Positions 1-9,599 of a DNA stretch of 64,000 bases are shown one piece after another (the first letter of the stretch is position 1; the number at the start of each line of letters is the position of its first letter). Under the pieces are notes generated by a model. The model did not search any database. It saw nothing but the letters and a program-made list of their open reading frames with translations, and was not told the origin of the DNA. The stretch is from positions 2,688,520 to 2,752,519 of the forward strand of contig OY764542.1 in the NCBI GenBank assembly GCA_963668465.1. Reading direction: 5' to 3'. Both the position numbers and the translations under genes were made by a program. This DNA comes from Dehalococcoidia bacterium (lineage in GTDB: Bacteria; Chloroflexota; Dehalococcoidia; Lucifugimonadales; Australimonadaceae).

Positions 1-183
1 TCCGCTGAAGTGCACGGCCTTGAGTTGGTGCTCAGCGTTCTTGAGCGTGAAGTAACGATGGCCTGCGCCGGACGCGAACAGGTTGGAGACCTCTCCGGTT
101 ATCCAGACGTTGCTGAGGTACACGTCGCGGTCGAGTACCGCTCTGATGTACTCGGTGATCTGGCTGACGCTGTAGACCTGCAT
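1..183 (-). CDS. xseA: exodeoxyribonuclease VII large subunit, N-terminal fragment (continues beyond window start)
   Basis: Absent from the ORF track because it has no stop in the window. Reverse translation from ATG at 183-181 gives MQVYSVSQITEYIRAVLDRDVYLSNVWITGEVSNLFASGAGHRYFTLKNAEHQLKAVHFSG. This fits the XseA OB-fold N-terminal pattern (VW..GE.SN....SGH.YF.LK). Third codon positions are strongly G/C. Confidence 0.7.
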   Translation of the reverse strand, partial: MQVYSVSQITEYIRAVLDRDVYLSNVWITGEVSNLFASGAGHRYFTLKNAEHQLKAVHFSG

Positions 184-214
184 GACGATGCTCGCGGGCC
201 TGATGCCCTCGGCG

Positions 215-784
215 CTAGTCGTTCACGCGGGTGACGTAGTCGCCGGAGCGGGTGTCCACGCGCACCTTGTCGCCGATGGCGACGAACATGGGCACGGTGA
301 CGCGGATGCCCGTCTCCAGTGTGGCGGGCTTGCCGCTGCCGGACGCGGTGTCCCCCTTGTAGCCCGGTGGGGTCTCGCTGACGATGAGGTCCACGGTGGT
401 AGGCATCTCCACCATGAGGGGCTTGTCGCGATAGAAGACGAGCTCACAGTCGGTCTGATCGACCAGGTAGTCGGATGTATCGCCAACCACGTCCTTGCCG
501 ACCTCGTACTGGTCGTAGGACGTGGTGTCCATGAAGTTGTAGATCCCGTCCGCCTCGTAGAGGAAGGTGCATTCGCGGTTCTCAACGGGCGCCTTGGTCA
601 GCTTGATGCCGTACCCGGAGAACGACTTGTCGAGCAACTGTCCGGTGAGCAGGTTGCGCATCTTGATGTGATAGACCGGCGCGCGCTGCTGCATCTTCTG
701 CTGGTAGTACTCCTCCACCTTGAAGGGCACGCCGTCCATCTCGATGGTCGTGCCTCGGCGGAGGTCTCCAAACTCCATAACCAT
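215..784 (-). CDS. efp: translation elongation factor P
   Basis: 189-aa ORF. Typical EF-P sequence along its full length (GTTIEMDGVPFKVEEYYQQKMQQRAPVYHIKMRNLLTG ... PMFVAIGDKVRVDTRSGDYVTRV). Confidence 0.95.
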   Translation of the reverse strand: MVMEFGDLRRGTTIEMDGVPFKVEEYYQQKMQQRAPVYHIKMRNLLTGQLLDKSFSGYGIKLTKAPVENRECTFLYEADGIYNFMDTTSYDQYEVGKDVVGDTSDYLVDQTDCELVFYRDKPLMVEMPTTVDLIVSETPPGYKGDTASGSGKPATLETGIRVTVPMFVAIGDKVRVDTRSGDYVTRVND

Positions 785-799
785 ATGTAGGACTCCTTC

Positions 800-1900
800 T
801 TATACGGGGATAACGTCGCGCTTGTGGGCCTTAGTGAGGATGCGGGGCTTGCCGTTCTCCATCACCACCAGGTCTTCTATGCGAACGCCGCCCCAGCCGG
901 TGAGGTAGATGCCGGGCTCGACGCTGAAGACCATGCCGTCCTCTATCGGGTCGTCCGATGTCGGGCCGACGCGCGGCAGTTCGTGAACAGCGATGCCGAT
1001 GCCGTGACCGAGGCTGTGACCGAAGTCGTCGCCGTAGCCCGCGTCCGCGATGACCGCCCGCGCGATGCCGTCGATCTCCCCGCCGGTCATGCCGGCAGTC
1101 GCGTTTGCTTCGGCGGCCTCCTGGGCGGCCAGGACGAGGTCGTATATCTCGCGGAACTTCGGGCTCGCCTCGCCCAGCACGAAGGCGCGTGTGATGTCGC
1201 TGCAGTAGCCCTCGTAGAGCGCGCCGGTGTCGATGTAGACACCGTCGCCGTACTCCAGCGGCCGGTCGGTGGGACTGTGGTGTGCCTTCGCGCCGTTGGG
1301 CCCCGAGGCGACGATGGTGGGGAAGGAGAGGCCATCCGCCCCAGCGTTCCGCATGGCACGTTCGATGTCCCATGCGATCTGTCGCTCCGTCATGCCAGGC
1401 CGGATCCCGGCGGCAACGGTCTCGACTGCCTCGTCCGCGATCTCGATTGCCCGGATGAGCGTTTCGAGCTCCGCCGCGTCCTTCACGGCGCGGAGTTGGT
1501 CGGCCATGTCCTTGGTGGGCACGAGTTCCGGCGCGGGGTCGAGCGCCTGCAACTTCTCGGTCAGAGCCTTGTGGGCGGCGACGGTCACCGACTCGTCCTC
1601 GATGCCGATGCTCTTCGCGCCGGAGGCCGAGACAACCTCCGAGAACCAGTCGTAACCGACCGCCATGCGGATAACGCGGTATTCCGGCGCCTGGTGCTCC
1701 GCCTGCTCGGTGTAACGGAAATCCGTGGCCAGCGCCGCGTCATCCGGCGTTATCCAGAGCCAGCCGTGCGTGCCGCGGAAGCCGGAATAATAGGTGACGT
1801 TCTTGCTGAGGGAGCGCTCCGTGTTGAAGATGAGCATCGCGTCGAGCCCATCCTCTGCCATGCGGGCGCGGAGCCGTGAGATGCGATCTGCGGTACTCAT
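800..1900 (-). CDS. M24 family Xaa-Pro aminopeptidase/dipeptidase
   Basis: 366-aa ORF with creatinase/prolidase N-domain plus pita-bread domain. Metal-ligand motifs [15 protein letters not shown] and SVEPGIY are present. Start overlaps the aroQ stop (ATGA). Confidence 0.88.
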   Translation of the reverse strand: MSTADRISRLRARMAEDGLDAMLIFNTERSLSKNVTYYSGFRGTHGWLWITPDDAALATDFRYTEQAEHQAPEYRVIRMAVGYDWFSEVVSASGAKSIGIEDESVTVAAHKALTEKLQALDPAPELVPTKDMADQLRAVKDAAELETLIRAIEIADEAVETVAAGIRPGMTERQIAWDIERAMRNAGADGLSFPTIVASGPNGAKAHHSPTDRPLEYGDGVYIDTGALYEGYCSDITRAFVLGEASPKFREIYDLVLAAQEAAEANATAGMTGGEIDGIARAVIADAGYGDDFGHSLGHGIGIAVHELPRVGPTSDDPIEDGMVFSVEPGIYLTGWGGVRIEDLVVMENGKPRILTKAHKRDVIPV

Positions 1901-2334
1901 GCTGCGTTCTCCTCCGCAACGAGATATTCCAGCGCCAGGATATAGCCGCGCGGACCGAGTCCGCTGATGATGCCGCGCGCGACTGGAGCGGTGAGCGACG
2001 TGCGGCGGAACTCCTCCCGCGCGTGGATGTTCGACAGGTGAACCTCAACGACCGGAAGGCTGATCGAGGCGATGCAGTCCCGCAGCGCGACGCTCGTGTG
2101 CGTGAAGCCGCCGCCGTTGAGGATGACGCCGGACGCGGATGCGGCGTTGGCTTGCAGGTAGTCGATCAGCCCGCCTTCCGAGTTGGACTGGAAGAAGTCC
2201 ACGTCCGCGCCGAGCTCTGCTGCCCGCTCGCGCACGGCGTGTTCGATGTCGGCGAGGGTCGCGCTGCCGTAGATAGAGGGTTCGCGTTGGCCCAGAAGGT
2301 TCAGGTTCGGGCCGTTCACTACGAGGATGGTCAT
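1897..2334 (-). CDS. aroQ: type II 3-dehydroquinate dehydratase
   Basis: 145-aa [26 protein letters not shown] is the type II dehydroquinase N-terminal signature; [12 protein letters not shown] motif present. Confidence 0.93.
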   Translation of the reverse strand: MTILVVNGPNLNLLGQREPSIYGSATLADIEHAVRERAAELGADVDFFQSNSEGGLIDYLQANAASASGVILNGGGFTHTSVALRDCIASISLPVVEVHLSNIHAREEFRRTSLTAPVARGIISGLGPRGYILALEYLVAEENAA

Positions 2335-3398
2335 TCGGAGTCCCGGTGCTCTGGGGCGGGCGCGTGCGCCAGCGGGTGGGCTGCAAGGTACACGCGTCGC
2401 GCTTCCTGTTGGCTGACGTGAGTGTACACCTGCGTGGCGCTGGGCGTGGAATGACCGAGGAGTTCCTGGACGATGCGCAGGTCTGCGCCGCCGTTCAGGA
2501 GGTGGGTCGCGTAGCTATGGCGCAGCGTGTGGGGGTGTACGTCCTCCCGGAGCCCGCTGCGCTTCGCGTAGTTCCTGACGATACGCTGGATCGAACGTGC
2601 GCCGAGCCTCCCGCCGCGCGCGTTGCGGAACAGCGGGCCGCCCTTGTCGTCCGGCGCGCTCTCCGAATTCAGATACGCGCGGAGGGCGTTCCGCGCTTTG
2701 GCGCCGAGCGGCGTTTGGCGCTCCTTCGCTCCCTTGCCCCACACGCGGACGGTGCTCTCCTCCAGCGAGACGTTCTCCCGGTCCAGGTTGGCTGCTTCGC
2801 TCACGCGCAGACCGCACCCGTAGAGCAACTCGAGGAGTGCGGCGTCTCTCAGCCCGTTCTCCTCATCACCCGATCTCGATGGCGCCTCGACGAGGCGGGC
2901 TGCTTCGGACTTGGAGACGAGGTCAGGGAGGCGGCGTTCCAGTTTCGGCGTGAGCCTGCCCATGAGTGTGGACTTGGGATGCCAGATCGGTGCGTCCGGC
3001 AGGAGGCCGCGTTCGATCAGGTAGCGCATGAACGAGCGGAGCGATGCGAGCATCCGGTGGACGCTTGCGCGCGAATGGCCTCGGCTTCCGGCTGCACGTC
3101 CGCTCTCGACGGTGCGGCGCTCCAGCAGCCATGCGACGTAGTCGCGGACGAGGCTGCGGTACTCGCGTGAGACATTCGCATCGCCCCCCCGGCGCACGAA
3201 ATCGCGAAGCTCCTTCGCATCGGGTCCGAGCGGGCAGTTCTGCCCATCCAGGTATCGCAGGAAGGGAGCGAGGTCGGCCACGTAGTTGCGAACGGTGGCG
3301 TCCGAGAGCGCTCGAGTGGTGCGCAGGGTGCGCTGGTACTCAGCGATGAGCGGCTGACTGGTTTCGGAACCGGGGCGGGTTGTGTGCGGGCTTTCCAT
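2331..3398 (-). CDS. site-specific tyrosine recombinase, XerC/XerD family
   Basis: Catalytic C-terminus [41 protein letters not shown]. Start set to ATG 3398 (MESPHTT) because the 393-aa track ORF would overlap the topA 3-prime end by about 100 nt. Confidence 0.88.
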   Translation of the reverse strand: MESPHTTRPGSETSQPLIAEYQRTLRTTRALSDATVRNYVADLAPFLRYLDGQNCPLGPDAKELRDFVRRGGDANVSREYRSLVRDYVAWLLERRTVESGRAAGSRGHSRASVHRMLASLRSFMRYLIERGLLPDAPIWHPKSTLMGRLTPKLERRLPDLVSKSEAARLVEAPSRSGDEENGLRDAALLELLYGCGLRVSEAANLDRENVSLEESTVRVWGKGAKERQTPLGAKARNALRAYLNSESAPDDKGGPLFRNARGGRLGARSIQRIVRNYAKRSGLREDVHPHTLRHSYATHLLNGGADLRIVQELLGHSTPSATQVYTHVSQQEARRVYLAAHPLAHAPAPEHRDSE

Positions 3399-3409
3399 GA
3401 CGCTTCGCG

Positions 3410-5854
3410 CTAGGCGACGCCTGCCGGTTCCTCTGCGGGGAGAGGCCCCTTCCAGGCGCAGTTGGTGCAGTTCGCCTGCTCGCGGGGCCCCACCACCATC
3501 AGGCCATCGCATTCAGGGCACGGCTGCGGCAAGGGCTTCCGGTTCACGAGGAAGTTGCACGTGGGGTAGTTGGAGCAGCCGTAGAAGGGACCGCGCCTGC
3601 CACGGCGTTCCACGAGGTTGCCGCCGCAGCGGGGACAGGCCACACCGGTGTCCTTGGGGGCGTCCTTGGGGAGCCGCTTGATGTTCTTGCAGTCCGGATA
3701 CCCGGTGCAGCCCAGGAATGGCCCGAAGCGTCCGCGCTTCAAGGCCATCGGCTTCCCGCAGATGTCGCAGGACTCTTCGGTCGCGTCGTCGGCCTGTTCG
3801 CCAGAGTCTCCCGAGACCTTGGAGATGTCCTTGCTGTTCTTGCAGTCGGGGTATCCGGTGCAGGAGAGGAAAGCGCCGAAGCGTCCCAGCTTCACGATCA
3901 TCGGCTTGCCGCAGACGTCGCACGGCTCGTTGGTCGACTCGCTCGCTGCCTCCTGCGTCGCTTCCTTGATCGCCTGCCTTGCCTTATTGAGCTCTTCGCT
4001 GAACGGGCCGTAGAAGTCGTGGAGGAAGGCCACCCACTCCTGCTTGCCGTTGGCGACCTCGTCCAGTTGGTCCTCCATGCGTCCGGTGAAGTTGACGTCC
4101 ATGATGTCGGGGAAGTGAGCGATCAGCTGCTCGCAGACCAGCTTGCCGAGGTTGGTTGACCTCAGCACCCGCCTGTCCCGGGTGACGTATTTCCGGTTGA
4201 CGATGGTGTTGATGATTGCCGCGTAGGTGCTGGGGCGACCGATGCCCTGCTCCTCCATCACGCGCACCAGGCTCGCTTCGGTGAAACGTGGCGGAGGCTG
4301 AGTGAAGTGTTGCTCAGGGGTCAGCCCCGAGCAGTCCAGGGGTTGGTCCTGCTGCAGCGGGGGCAACACGCGGGAGTCATCGTCTTCCCCATCGCGTGTG
4401 TTGCCTTCGTCGCGCTGCTCGATATAGAGCGCACGGAAACCGGCGAACCGCACAACGGAGCCGGTTGCCCGGAACAGGTAGGCGGGCTTGCCGGACGCTG
4501 CCGCGTGCACGTCCACCCGGGTTGCGTCCAGCACCGCGTCGGCCATCTGGCTGGCCACCATCCGGTTCCAGATCAATTCGTAGAGGCGGGCCTGCTCGGG
4601 GGAGAGGTGCTGACGGATGTTTTGCGGCGTGCGCCGTACGGCCGTCGGCCTGATGGCTTCGTGCGCCTCCTGCGCGACCTTGGAGCGGGAGGTGTAGCGC
4701 CTCGGGGTCGACGGCACGTAGTCCTTCCCCCACCGCTCTTGGATGTAGCGGCGGGTCTCCTGGATGGCGCCCGGCGTAACCTGCGGCGAGTCCGTCCGCA
4801 TGTAGGTGATGAGACCCTGCCTGCCCTCGGAGCCGATGGCGATGCCCTCGTACAGCTGTTGGGCGATGGTCATCGTCCTCGTGGCGGAGAACCCGAGCCG
4901 TCGCGACGCTTCCTGCTGCAGTGTGCTCGTGATGAACGGCGGGGCAGGCCGACGGTTCACTTGGCGTGTGGTGACGGAGTCGACGCGGTACGCGGCGCCG
5001 TCAAGGTTCGCGAGAACGGCGTTGGTGGCGGCCTCGTCTGGCAGGGAGAGTTCATCCTTCTCGTCAACGAGACTGCGCAGCGAGGCGGTGAACGAGGCGT
5101 TCTCTCCGGTGAGGAGCGCGGCGTCGATCGACCAGTACTCCACCGGGACGAATGCGTCTATCTCCTTGTCCCGCTCCGCGACGAGGCGCAGCGCAACGGA
5201 TTGCACGCGGCCTGCCGAGAGTGAACTGGTCGTGTCGAGGTCCTCGGCCGTCAGGATGTTACGGTTGCGGTTCAACTCCTGCCCGACCAGCGGCTTGAGC
5301 AGGGGGCTGAGCTTGAAACCGACGAGCCTGTCCTCGATCCGGCGCGCCTGTTGCGCGTTGACGAGCTCCATGTCGATGTCGCGTTCGTGGGCGAACGCCT
5401 CCTTGATGGCGTCCTCCGTGATGGAGTGGAAGACCACGCGCCGCACCGGCTTGCTTCGCCAGCCTGCGGCTTCCATCACGTGCCAGGCTATCGCCTCGCC
5501 TTCGCGGTCAGGGTCGGTTGCGAGGTAGACGTCCTCTGCACTCTCCCCCGCCGCGCGTATCTCGTCGACGACCCTCCGCTTGTCCTCTGGGACTTCGTAC
5601 CACGGGATGAAGTCCTTATCGGGATTCACGCCGAGCTTGCGTTTCGGCAGGTCCCTGACGTGCCCCATGGACGCTTTCACGGTGTAATCGCGTCCGAGGA
5701 ACCTGCCTATCGTCGTCGCCTTAGCGGGCGACTCCACGATGACGAGGTGGCGTGATGCCGATCTGCCATTGCCTGCGCTCGAGGCCTGCGTTGCGCCGCT
5801 GCGGGCGCTCCTCTTTCCGGAAGACGTTCTTCGAGTAGTGGGTGTCTTTGCCAT
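3410..5854 (-). CDS. topA: DNA topoisomerase I
   Basis: 814-aa ORF. Toprim start LVIVESPAKATTIGRFLG, active-site region ITYMRTDS, and three C-terminal Cys4 zinc ribbons (CDVCGKPM..C.GYPDC repeated). Confidence 0.96.
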   Translation of the reverse strand: MAKTPTTRRTSSGKRSARSGATQASSAGNGRSASRHLVIVESPAKATTIGRFLGRDYTVKASMGHVRDLPKRKLGVNPDKDFIPWYEVPEDKRRVVDEIRAAGESAEDVYLATDPDREGEAIAWHVMEAAGWRSKPVRRVVFHSITEDAIKEAFAHERDIDMELVNAQQARRIEDRLVGFKLSPLLKPLVGQELNRNRNILTAEDLDTTSSLSAGRVQSVALRLVAERDKEIDAFVPVEYWSIDAALLTGENASFTASLRSLVDEKDELSLPDEAATNAVLANLDGAAYRVDSVTTRQVNRRPAPPFITSTLQQEASRRLGFSATRTMTIAQQLYEGIAIGSEGRQGLITYMRTDSPQVTPGAIQETRRYIQERWGKDYVPSTPRRYTSRSKVAQEAHEAIRPTAVRRTPQNIRQHLSPEQARLYELIWNRMVASQMADAVLDATRVDVHAAASGKPAYLFRATGSVVRFAGFRALYIEQRDEGNTRDGEDDDSRVLPPLQQDQPLDCSGLTPEQHFTQPPPRFTEASLVRVMEEQGIGRPSTYAAIINTIVNRKYVTRDRRVLRSTNLGKLVCEQLIAHFPDIMDVNFTGRMEDQLDEVANGKQEWVAFLHDFYGPFSEELNKARQAIKEATQEAASESTNEPCDVCGKPMIVKLGRFGAFLSCTGYPDCKNSKDISKVSGDSGEQADDATEESCDICGKPMALKRGRFGPFLGCTGYPDCKNIKRLPKDAPKDTGVACPRCGGNLVERRGRRGPFYGCSNYPTCNFLVNRKPLPQPCPECDGLMVVGPREQANCTNCAWKGPLPAEEPAGVA

Positions 5855-5896
5855 GCTTCCAACATACGGGCTGGGGAGATGCCCTTGTCAAGTGAG

Positions 5897-7006
5897 TTAG
5901 CGGACGGATGCGGTCCTGGCCCGGATATAGTTCATGCGCCCCACTTGCAGAACGGAGCCCTTGATCTCCATGACGGCGAGCGTTCCGCTGGCCTGCGTTA
6001 TGGACATGCCGGCGCTGCGGCTCAGTTCGTCTATGTGCTGCGGCTCGTGGGTGAGCGCTTCGAGCAGCCGCGCTTCGTCTTCCGTGTCGGGAGAGAGCCC
6101 GGGAAGCGGCTGCTGTCGCGGCGCACCGCCGATGTGCAACTCCTCCAGCACGTCCTCGACCCGCATCACGAGCTTGGCGCCCTGCTGGATGAGCCAGTTA
6201 GTGAGCTCGCTCGCAGGCGAGTGGATGCTCCCGGGCACGCAGAGCACTTCCCTGTTCTGTTCCAGCGCGAACTCGACGGTCGACCGTGCGCCACTGTCCT
6301 TCGGCGCTTCTACGACCAGCACGCCCAGGCCCAATCCGCTCAGCAGTCGATTGCGCCGGGGGAAGTGGCGTGCCTCTGGCTTGGCGCCGAGCGGGTACTC
6401 GGAGATCACCGCCCCGTTGTCCACGATTCGTTCGAACAGCGACCGGTGCTCGGGCGGGTAGACGACGTCCAGGCCGGAGCCGATGACCGCGATCGTCCTG
6501 CCTCCTGCCCTGAGGGCAGCGTCGTGCGCGACGCCGTCGATGCCCCGCGCCAGCCCACTGACAATGGAGATACCGGACTCCGCCAGGTCGCTTGAGAGCT
6601 GCCGTGCTACCTCTTTGCCGTACGGGGTCGGTTTGCGTGTGCCGACAACAGTGACGCGGACCTCGTCGTCCGGTTGCAGCGCTCCCTTGACGTAGAGGAT
6701 GGGAGGTGGGTCGTCGATGTTGCGGAACATGTGTGGGTACTCGGAGTCGTGCCAGGTGAGCACCGCTACGTTGGCGTTGCGCACCCGTTCGAGTTCGCGT
6801 TCAGGCTCGACGACTCTGCGCACCTGCTCAATCGCACTGACGACGCTTGGTGTGAGGCCCGATGCGCCCAGTTCACTTCCCGAAGCCTCCCACGCAGCCT
6901 TGAGCGACCCGAACCGCTCTTCGAGAAGGCCGATGCGCACGCGCCCTACGGTGGGTACACGTGAGAAAGCTATCCAATAGGGGAGGTCGTGTTCGATCGT
7001 GGTCAC
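5897..7006 (-). CDS. dprA: DNA processing/protecting protein DprA (Smf)
   Basis: 369-aa ORF. Rossmann-like DprA core (VVGTRKPTPYGKEVARQLSSDLAESGISIVSGLARGIDGVAHDAAL) plus a C-terminal winged-helix tail. dprA directly upstream of topA is a common arrangement. Confidence 0.9.
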   Translation of the reverse strand: MTTIEHDLPYWIAFSRVPTVGRVRIGLLEERFGSLKAAWEASGSELGASGLTPSVVSAIEQVRRVVEPERELERVRNANVAVLTWHDSEYPHMFRNIDDPPPILYVKGALQPDDEVRVTVVGTRKPTPYGKEVARQLSSDLAESGISIVSGLARGIDGVAHDAALRAGGRTIAVIGSGLDVVYPPEHRSLFERIVDNGAVISEYPLGAKPEARHFPRRNRLLSGLGLGVLVVEAPKDSGARSTVEFALEQNREVLCVPGSIHSPASELTNWLIQQGAKLVMRVEDVLEELHIGGAPRQQPLPGLSPDTEDEARLLEALTHEPQHIDELSRSAGMSITQASGTLAVMEIKGSVLQVGRMNYIRARTASVR

Positions 7007-7665
7007 TGTTTTCTCTCTCGACTGATCCGCCGCATCCGGCGCTCCGCGTGACGCCGCTGGGCTACGGGTAGGTTGTCCACTGCCAGTACGCGCTCGACAT
7101 CCTCGACGGACACGTCCTTGGCGTGGCGGACGTCGCTCAGCAGTCGTATCGAGATGCGGGCCGGGTGTGGCTCGACTAGAGTTGCCTCGTCACCTGCCTG
7201 CACGGGGCCTTCCTCCAGGACTCGGTTGTAGAAACCGACGCGCCCACTGCGCCGGAAGCGCGCCGCGAAGTAGCGGATGCCCATCTTGTGGTCCAGCTTG
7301 AAGCAAGGCGATCGCGGCTCTGTTACCTGCAGCAGCGCACCACCGACGCGCCAGACATCGCCGAAACACATCGCGTCGGACGACGCGCCCTCAACGGTGA
7401 GGTTCTCGCCGAACCACCCGAAGGAATCGAGCTCACGTTTCAGCTGTGCCGTCCAGAAGGCGTAGTCCTCGAACGCGTAGACGTAGACCGCGGCGTCCGG
7501 GCCGCCGTGGACGGCCGGGTCGCCCTGGGCGTCGCCGTCCACGTTGAGGCGGCGGACCATGACGGAGCCCTCGACGGGCCGTTTGTGGATGGACGACATC
7601 ACGTCGCCCCTGGCGGTTCCCGTGAGGAGTTGAGGCTTGGCGACGTTGACCGATTTGAGTTGCAT
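7003..7665 (-). CDS. MOSC domain-containing protein
   Basis: 220-aa ORF with beta-barrel MOSC pattern (GENLTVEG...GDVWRVGGALLQVTEPRSPCFKL). 4-nt overlap with dprA. Confidence 0.82.
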   Translation of the reverse strand: MQLKSVNVAKPQLLTGTARGDVMSSIHKRPVEGSVMVRRLNVDGDAQGDPAVHGGPDAAVYVYAFEDYAFWTAQLKRELDSFGWFGENLTVEGASSDAMCFGDVWRVGGALLQVTEPRSPCFKLDHKMGIRYFAARFRRSGRVGFYNRVLEEGPVQAGDEATLVEPHPARISIRLLSDVRHAKDVSVEDVERVLAVDNLPVAQRRHAERRMRRISRERKQ

Positions 7666-7739
7666 GAACGTCCGTCCGTGAGTGGTGAGGCTATTCTTGC
7701 GGATGCCAGGGCACAGGTACAGGGGCTGATGTCACAAGC

Positions 7740-7830
7740 TGGCGGAGAGGGCGGGATTCGAACCCGCGAGAGACTTGCGGCCCCTACACGATTTCCAGTC
7801 GTGCCCGTTCGGCCACTCCGGCACCTCTCC
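7740..7830 (-). tRNA. tRNA-Ser (anticodon GGA)
   Basis: Reverse complement reads GGAGAGGTGCCGGAGTGGCCGAACGGGCACGACTGGAAATCGTGTAGGGGCCGCAAGTCTCTCGCGGGTTCGAATCCCGCCCTCTCCGCCA. It has a 7-bp acceptor stem, anticodon loop CTGGAAA, a long variable arm, a GGTTCGAATCC T-loop and an encoded CCA. Confidence 0.92.
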
Positions 7831-7885
7831 GCGCTGTGAGCAGAACCGGACGCGCAGAACATCCGGCTCGTAGCCTTGCAGTGTC

Positions 7886-7976
7886 TGGCGGAGAGAGTGG
7901 GATTCGAACCCACGGTGGAGGAAGCCCCCACAACGGTTTTCGAGACCGCCGCCTTAAACCGCTCAGCCATCTCTCC
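7886..7976 (-). tRNA. tRNA-Ser (anticodon CGA)
   Basis: Reverse complement reads GGAGAGATGGCTGAGCGGTTTAAGGCGGCGGTCTCGAAAACCGTTGTGGGGGCTTCCTCCACCGTGGGTTCGAATCCCACTCTCTCCGCCA. Anticodon loop CTCGAAA, long variable arm, encoded CCA. Confidence 0.92.
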
Positions 7977-8037
7977 GTAGAGAGAAGATTCTATCATGGC
8001 CCACAGAGGGTGGCCTTAGAGACTGGACATCGGTTCC

Positions 8038-8067
8038 TTGACACTCCATTAATCCCGTCCGTACCAT
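8038..8067 (+). promoter_or_regulatory. candidate sigma-70-type promoter for glmU
   Basis: TTGACA at 8038-8043 and TACCAT at 8062-8067 with an 18-nt spacer, about 135 nt upstream of the glmU start. Sequence match only. Confidence 0.3.
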
Positions 8068-8201
8068 CCCAGTGTTTGATGGATCGGTCCAGCGGCATCC
8101 CAGGCGCGCCAGGGGGGCCGCGTGGCAGGACGGCGGCGAGAGTCCGTCCGAAGAGGAGAAAGAGGGCTCGCGACCGGAGTCGGTCGCCGATGCACACAAA
8201 G

Positions 8202-9599
8202 ATGGGTGCTTGGACAGCCATCGTGCTGGCAGCGGGCAGGGGCACTCGTATGAGGTCGTCCCGGCCTAAAGTCCTGCATACCGTAGCAGGCGTTCCGATG
8301 GTCTCTCACGCAACTGAGGCAGCGCGCTTCACGGATGCGAACGACGTCATCGTGGTGACGCGGCCCGCAGACCGCGCAGAGGTCTCGTTGGCGGTTGGCG
8401 GGGATGCGGAGTGCGTCGAACAGCCGGACCCCCTCGGTACGGGCCACGCGCTGGCTACAGCCGTCATCGCCGTCCCTTCCGAATCCCAGCACGTACTCGT
8501 GGTCAATGGCGATGTGCCGCTCGTTCAGAAGGAGACGGTGCAGGCGCTGGCTGCGTTGCACGAGCGCCGCAAGGCGACCGCTACACTGCTCTGCTGCTCG
8601 ATGGAAGCAGCCTCAGCCCAACAGGTCGGACGCCTGCAGCGGGGCGCGCGAGGCAAGCCCATAGGGGTGCTGGAGGCCGAGGACGCTCCGATGCCTCGGA
8701 AGGGCGAGGTTGAGGTCAACGTCGGGGTGTACGCCTTCGAGGCACGATGGCTTCGCCGGGCCTTGGGCCAGCTGAAACCGCGTCCCGGCGGCGAGTATTA
8801 CCTGACTGACCTGATCCCCCACGCCGTCGCGGACGGGAAGCGCGTCGAAGCGTACGTCACGCAGGACAAGGACGAAGCGCTGAGCGTGAACGGCCGCCAG
8901 GACCTCGCACGCGTGGAAGCGGCGGCCCAGCGCCGCTTGCGGGACGCTGCGATGGCCGGTGGCGCCACACTCGTAGACCCGGCGACGGTGTATCTCGATG
9001 CGACCGTGCAGTTGGGCCACGACGTTACGGTATACCCGAATACCTCGATCCGGGGTGCCTCAAGGGTGGCGCGCGGCGCATCGCTTGGACCCAATGCTCA
9101 ACTGTACGACGCAGAGGTCGGGCCAGATGTGCACGTGGGGTCTGCCGTTGTAGAGGGGTCGGTGCTGGGGCCGCGCGTCAACGTAGGGCCGTTCTCCCAC
9201 ATCCGCTCCGGGTGTGTTTTGGAGGAGGACGCATTCGTGGGATCGCACGTGGAGATAAAGGCGAGCCGCATCTGCTCCGGAGCGCATGTGGGGCACTTCA
9301 GCTACATCGGCGATGCGGTCGTCGGCGCTGACGCAAACATCGGGGCTGGTACGGTTACGTGTAACTTCGACGGAGTACTCAAGCACGAGACAGAGATAGG
9401 AGAAGGCGCCTTCATCGGCAGCGACAGTCTTCTGATCGCGCCGGTGAAAGTGGGGGCGGGAGCCGTTACCGGGGCAGGCGCGGTTGTTAACCGAGACGTG
9501 CCACCGGGAGAACGGGTTGCGGGTGTTCCCGCGAGACCGCTGGGCATGAGGAGCGGAAGGGCGCTTGTACAGAAGGAGGAGGGGATATCCCTTGGATAG
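8202..9599 (+). CDS. glmU: bifunctional UDP-N-acetylglucosamine diphosphorylase / glucosamine-1-phosphate N-acetyltransferase
   Basis: N-terminus MGAWTAIVLAAGRGTRMRSSRPKVLH (nucleotidyltransferase G-loop) and C-terminal left-handed beta-helix hexapeptide repeats. The track ORF (from 7836) runs backwards over tRNA-Ser and is trimmed; ATG 8190 is an alternative start. Confidence 0.9.
   Translation: MGAWTAIVLAAGRGTRMRSSRPKVLHTVAGVPMVSHATEAARFTDANDVIVVTRPADRAEVSLAVGGDAECVEQPDPLGTGHALATAVIAVPSESQHVLVVNGDVPLVQKETVQALAALHERRKATATLLCCSMEAASAQQVGRLQRGARGKPIGVLEAEDAPMPRKGEVEVNVGVYAFEARWLRRALGQLKPRPGGEYYLTDLIPHAVADGKRVEAYVTQDKDEALSVNGRQDLARVEAAAQRRLRDAAMAGGATLVDPATVYLDATVQLGHDVTVYPNTSIRGASRVARGASLGPNAQLYDAEVGPDVHVGSAVVEGSVLGPRVNVGPFSHIRSGCVLEEDAFVGSHVEIKASRICSGAHVGHFSYIGDAVVGADANIGAGTVTCNFDGVLKHETEIGEGAFIGSDSLLIAPVKVGAGAVTGAGAVVNRDVPPGERVAGVPARPLGMRSGRALVQKEEGISLG

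Noticed and set aside
7836-8201. 5-prime extension of the glmU ORF; likewise 12626-12829 for pepN
   Set aside because: The extensions read straight through tRNA-Ser (7886-7976) and tRNA-Arg (12714-12788). The conserved protein N-termini start at internal ATGs.
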